Positions 26,055 through 33,428 of a stretch of DNA of 33,428 bases are shown piece after piece (the first letter of the stretch is position 1; the number at the start of each line of letters is the position of its first letter). The stretch is from positions 1-33,428 of the forward strand of contig JABEUL010000089.1 of NCBI GenBank assembly GCA_013044465.1. The letters are read 5' to 3'. This stretch comes from Acidimicrobiales bacterium (lineage in GTDB: Bacteria > Actinomycetota > Acidimicrobiia > Acidimicrobiales > JABEUL01). Both the position numbers and the translations under genes were made by a program. The notes beneath the pieces were generated by a model, which was not told the origin of the DNA, did no database searches, and saw nothing but the letters and a program-made list of their open reading frames with translations.

Positions 26055-27280
26055 TTTGTGCCTAAATTCATAGGACCAGAAGTAGTTAATTTATAGCTAG
26101 AAAGATCTAAAATACCGAGGCCTGCCTGATACCCATATATGAAGTAACAAGAATTACCCAATACGGTCACACCTACAACTGAATTCGGAGTAGTTATCTC
26201 TTTGACAATTTTACCTGAATTAACGTCAACAATAGATAGATTATCCGGATACTTGTGGCTACTTGGCAACGGTTCGAGCGCAGGATCAGATCCAGAAGAT
26301 ACCAATAGCTGGCTGCCATTAGGCAGAAAAGCAAGTGCAGTAACGCCAGATTGCACACTTATAGTATTTGTTAAGTACGACGTAAGGTCAATCATCGTAA
26401 TTGTAGAATCGAAGTAGTTCCCAACTGCGAGTTTGGACCCATCTGGAGATATAGATAGAAATTGAGGGTCTTTCCCCACAGAAATTGATTTAACTGTTTG
26501 GAATGTTTTCGTGCTAATTACAGATAACGTGCCATATGTAGGATTTGCACCTGGGCCAAAGATGCCATCTCCATTATTGAGCACATAGAGAAGTGATCCG
26601 TCGGCAGAAATTGCTAGGCCAACGGGGTAGCTACCTGAAAATAGGCTGGCTCCAGTATCGGTGCTGCTGGCTGAAAAGGTGTTAGTTATTTTGTTTGAAG
26701 ATAAGTCCACAACACTAATACTTCCCGGAACTGAGAGAGATGCAAATGCTACATAGGCATATTGTCCATTAGGAGATATCACAACTGCAGTTGGAAGACC
26801 TCCAATCGGAATACTTGCGATAACACTTTTTAGTTGGATGCTGACAACGTCCAGTTCCCCTATACCGACGGAAAGAATATTTGAAGAATCAAAATTTGAA
26901 TAGATTATATAAGCTGTGTTTCCATCTGGTGACAGGGCTACACCCATGGCCGTCTGGGTAGTTGAAATAGATGCGATTTGGCTTCCTTTAGCTGTGACGA
27001 CCAAATTATTTAGAAACGCATCTACATAAGCAACCTCGCCTGATTGTGAGTTACTCGCAATGCTTGAACCACTTGAATTTGATCCAGATCCTGGGAAATT
27101 GAAGTTACAGTTGCCAAAAGATATGCTGAAAGTGCCAACAAAAATAATTGCAGCAACAATGATCCCTATAAAAGAATTAACCCCGGCGCCAAATCCCAAA
27201 AATGCAAAGCTTTCGATCCAACCATTAGTATTCAATTTTACCTTCTGCTCTTCAAGCTTGAGCTGATCGAATACATCCAA
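26051..27280 (-). CDS. Membrane-anchored YVTN/YncE-type beta-propeller protein
   Basis: Repeated blades (GVALSPDGNTAY, AVVISPNGQYAY, GLAISADGSLLY, LSISPDGSKLAV); N-terminal TM; TATAAT and AGGAGG upstream of the TTG. Confidence 0.88.
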   Translation of the reverse strand: MDVFDQLKLEEQKVKLNTNGWIESFAFLGFGAGVNSFIGIIVAAIIFVGTFSISFGNCNFNFPGSGSNSSGSSIASNSQSGEVAYVDAFLNNLVVTAKGSQIASISTTQTAMGVALSPDGNTAYIIYSNFDSSNILSVGIGELDVVSIQLKSVIASIPIGGLPTAVVISPNGQYAYVAFASLSVPGSISVVDLSSNKITNTFSASSTDTGASLFSGSYPVGLAISADGSLLYVLNNGDGIFGPGANPTYGTLSVISTKTFQTVKSISVGKDPQFLSISPDGSKLAVGNYFDSTITMIDLTSYLTNTISVQSGVTALAFLPNGSQLLVSSGSDPALEPLPSSHKYPDNLSIVDVNSGKIVKEITTPNSVVGVTVLGNSCYFIYGYQAGLGILDLSSYKLTTSGPMNLGTK

Positions 27281-27693
27281 CTTTAGGTGACCTCCTATTA
27301 AGGATTATATATCTAGAGGCTAAATTTCTCAACAAGTATCTCTAATTACTTAAATCCAACAACTGTTTGCGACCTTGATTAACTTTGCGAGTGAAAGCTC
27401 GATGCAAGCCTTCGAGATCTGAGGCTCAAGGGGAATTGGTACGCCGTGTAGTAGCTAGAAAATTCGCAGTTGCTTTAAGGAATGTGGCTCCAGATTATGA
27501 GTATACGGATTGTGTGGGGTATTAACTGCTTGCTTCTTGCGTAGAGCATGTTTTGCAAAATATTGATGCCAATTAAATGAATTCAGGCCTACCTTTTGGC
27601 GCTCTAAATAACTTGTCATCAGAGGCTTCTTGATTGTAAATGGCCCCAAATAAGGTTTAGCAGTAGCGGAACTACATTAATTGTTAGAGTTCT

Positions 27694-28392
27694 TTACGGC
27701 CCATAACCTGGCAAGTACTGCAATGTTCGCTCCGCGACCTGCCATTGGCCTGAGCTATTCTTGACGAGGCTTGCGGAAAGTGTTTCACGATCGTAGATTT
27801 CACGCCATGTAAGGTGCGAGCTGGAAACTTGGGATGGCACGTTTGCAGTCATCCGCCATATAGAGATAACCACCTGTTCGGTTGCGGAGGTTGGTGAAAT
27901 TGTTTGAGTTTGGGTGCTCAGTATTTTTACTCCGCATGCACCCCAAATGCTTTGAGGTTCTCCTTTTGAAATATATTCCCCCATAATTGTTGTTTCTATG
28001 GGAACAAGGTTGCTGGCAATTGAAGTCGTGAAGTAACGGTTGACTTCTCCAACTGTTGTCTTAAGGCATGCCTGAGCCATGGTTGGCTCCAAGAAAGCAG
28101 CTGGCTTGCCATTAGAATCTATTGCCATCCTCCACGGTGAGGTCGTCTCACTGATCGTTCCTTGATCGTCAGTAAGCTTGTCAGTTGCAAAAACCCGCCC
28201 ATCAGAACTGCAACTGTATCCACCTAGGTCCAACTGCGCAGTTTCTGATGCAACCACGGCTTCTTACGCTGCTGCTGCAGCTGCGGACGATCCACTACCC
28301 CGAATTAGCACATAGCCTCCAGCCATAGTGCCTATGATTAATCCTGCTAAAATAAGAAAAAGAAAGAGAAATCTTGCCGACCTCAACTGCAT
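27694..28392 (-). pseudogene. Exported hypothetical protein interrupted by one in-frame TAA (28264-28266)
   Basis: The ATG at 28392 (AAGGGAAG upstream) gives MQLRSARFLFLFLILAGLIIGTMAGGYVLIRGSGSSAAAAAA*EAVVASETAQ..., in frame with the 187-aa ORF. Confidence 0.75.
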
Positions 28393-28634
28393 CTTCCCTT
28401 ATTAAGGTTCATAACCCTTATAATACCCAGCTTTCAAAGGTTCCACAAGCTATTCCTCTAGCTTATTCAAGACTAGTTCTTGGTTATGTTTTTGCCTTGC
28501 GTAATTTTAACCTCCGTAAACGTTTGGGAAGGTTTGCTCAAACTTGGGGTGGATCGGACTAATGAGCGCCAGGCAAGTCACTGTGGAAACTATAGCAACA
28601 ATAACTCTTTAGAACGCTCCCGAAGGACAACCTG

Positions 28635-28648
28635 TATACTGCAGTATA
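28635..28648. promoter_or_regulatory. Perfect 14-bp palindrome TATACTGCAGTATA (a -10 hexamer on each strand)
   Basis: Lies 3 nt before the ATG at 28652, in a divergent intergenic region. Confidence 0.45.
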
Positions 28649-28651
28649 GAG

Positions 28652-29221
28652 ATGGCTAGATCTGACATAACACAATTTGATTATCAAAAAGTCGCAAAAT
28701 TAGATACTAATATGTGGATTTCTTATCGCAATTCTGATCGCAAAGTGATTGCTCTATTCTTGGAAGCATTCCGGCTGATTAAACATGAACTTCGCTTTAA
28801 CTGGATTACAACTTTTAAGATGGCAATTTACGCGGGCCAGGCCGCAGCAGTTTATAGATTGAGGAAAGGCAATGAGAACTATGGTCGGGCACAAAAAAAT
28901 CTAACAAAACTTTTTAAAACAGTTTCAGATAACTGTACTCAACCGTTTGATTACAGCGAAGCTGCCAAATTAGAACTGGAGTGGTGGGATATACAGCGTT
29001 ACCCAGAAAAACACAAGAAAAGTCTTGAGCAAAGTCTCGCCGAAAACATGGCAGCCGTTTATAATGTAACTGCCACAAAAACAGAGGGTTATGGCCGAAA
29101 TAGAGCGAAGGCTTTGTTGCTATTGAGTAAAGATGACCTGACATTTGATGAAGGCGAATTTTCGACACTTTTGAACAAATCATGGGAGTCATTACACGAA
29201 TCAGTACAAAATGAAAATTAA
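28652..29221 (+). CDS. Hypothetical alpha-helical protein
   Basis: Clean 189-aa ORF with an internal two-fold similarity (FDYQKVAKLDTNMW / FDYSEAAKLELEWW). Confidence 0.8.
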   Translation: MARSDITQFDYQKVAKLDTNMWISYRNSDRKVIALFLEAFRLIKHELRFNWITTFKMAIYAGQAAAVYRLRKGNENYGRAQKNLTKLFKTVSDNCTQPFDYSEAAKLELEWWDIQRYPEKHKKSLEQSLAENMAAVYNVTATKTEGYGRNRAKALLLLSKDDLTFDEGEFSTLLNKSWESLHESVQNEN

Positions 29222-29698
29222 CCCATATCTCATAAATGCGCCGAGATCAAGAGCTTTATTATTGCCCTAAAAGAGGCGCCAACTTCTCTTTAGTAATTTC
29301 AAATCGTCATGCATGATGCGATTTAAATTGCTTATTGACAACTATCAGGTAGTTGAGAGGTCCCCAGCATCTGGTCTACTCAGTATGTGGGTACAACTTT
29401 GCTTATTTTGCCAAAGCTAGCTAACTAGTTTGTTCCAATTGAAAGAACTTCTTGGAATGCCTTCCTCTCCGTTTTTGGGCCAAAGATGCCAATAGAGAAC
29501 TAGTTGGAGTAAATCCGCAATATACATCACAAACCTGTCCGGTCTACAGACATGCTTCTAACGAGGATAGAAAAACTCGGGAAGAGTTTCCATGTAGACA
29601 TTGTAGATATTTATAAAATGCTGACATTAAATTGGTTCATGGTTGGACCAACTCCTCAAAAACCTCAAATGTCGAGAAGTAATCTCTAGCTATTTCTT

Positions 29699-30657
29699 TT
29701 AAAAACTCGCCGGGAGTGCCGCTGCCACAGCTGCACAGAAAGGAAGGATAAGTAGCATCAAAACTCCGAAAGTTACTAATGCTGCAAGTAGCTTTTTCCA
29801 ACCCTTTATATGGCGCATCGAAAGTCTGAACAATAAATAGTCAAAAAATAATAGAACACCCCAACCGATTTCCGGGGATGTCGAGCTGGTACTTCCAGCA
29901 AGAAGAGACTTGGCATTTTTAAGTGACCCCCCTGAATTGGGCGAAGTTTTAGGGGCATTTGGTTTGGAGCTAGAACTTGGTGTATTTGAATTAACAACTT
30001 CAACTATTCCTAAAAGGTGAGCCACAACGACTAAGCGGGTAGCTGCACTGTATTTTGGATTACAAGTAGTTAGCGTCAGACGATTGTCACCAAATTGCCT
30101 AAGGATGGTTATATCGTAAGGTTCTCTGACATCAATATTTGTGACTAAGTATTCAAGTGTCCCAATCGTAGAAGTTAAAAATATTGGATCCCCACCTTTT
30201 AACTCAGCCAAATTGTAAAAGGGATGCAAGTATGTTGTTCGGTGACCTGCAATCGCTACGTTTCCAGCCATCCCTGGAAGCGAGGTACCTTGGTAATGCC
30301 CAGGACCCAACCTGAGATCTCCGGTCTGAGTCCCTTCTACCACTACCATTTGCAGTCCGATTGCAGGAATATTTATCTCTGCTATTGGTGAGCCTTGCTG
30401 TGGATTCGACGATGTTGAAGTTGGAAGGTTAATCGGAACTACTTTGAAAGATTTCTTAGAAACCGGAATCTTGGGGCTGGGAATGATTTTTTCAATTTCG
30501 GTTTTTAGTTTGGCTTGACTACTTGCGGTGAATGCACCTGTTCCAAAGAGAACATAAATGAGGAGAACCAATAATATTAGAGCAGTAAATATAAGGAATC
30601 TTCCGAGTTCACCTATGAAAAGTCGTAGAAAGCTGCGGTTATGTGAATCTGTATTTT

Positions 30658-30661
<4 letters not shown>
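29699..30661 (-). CDS. Class E-like sortase with N-terminal anchor and extra C-terminal TM pair
   Basis: GPGHY, AIAGHRTTY, LTLTTCNP..A..R catalytic His/Cys/Arg. The ATG at 30661 overlaps the upstream stop (ATGA). Confidence 0.92.

Positions 30662-33428
<2,767 letters not shown>

Noticed and set aside
27300-27690. Short ORFs and a small hairpin in the intergenic region, including 27455-27649
   Set aside because: No RBS, no recognisable motifs, and no tRNA or att-like structure that I can support.
25431-29698. Prophage, IS or integrative element
   Set aside because: The region looks accessory, but I see no integrase, transposase, phage genes, terminal repeats or target duplications.

Overview
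A 33.4 kb bacterial chromosomal segment. Gene content and order (HAD-IB hydrolase, ceoB/ceoC-type trkA pair with an APC/KimA permease, hppA-topA-tmk, TopA with a Lys/Ala tail, class E sortase) look actinobacterial. The GC content is modest (mid-40s % by eye, not computed), which fits an Acidimicrobiia-type lineage; this placement is inference. Housekeeping genes are a partial enoyl-CoA hydratase, gmd, hppA, topA, tmk, an rlmB-like methyltransferase, an aldo/keto reductase and a partial ligA that the ORF track misses. Between them lie a DUF2249/DUF59/polytopic membrane protein module, a four-gene surface-glycan cluster, and an accessory stretch of secreted or unknown genes (25.4-29.7 kb) that includes a nonsense-interrupted gene. 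I found no tRNA, rRNA, CRISPR array or transposase/integrase. The most unusual observations are: (1) an RlmB-like enzyme with a ~295-aa repetitive R/G/D/S-rich N-terminus plus an internal acidic insertion; (2) a KimA-like K+ transporter fused to an OB-fold; (3) the DUF2249-DUF59-His-bearing membrane protein module with an operator-like inverted repeat; (4) a structured, terminator-containing leader upstream of hppA; (5) an unlisted 24-aa membrane peptide; (6) a pilin-like protein with no prepilin motif, coupled to a beta-propeller gene.
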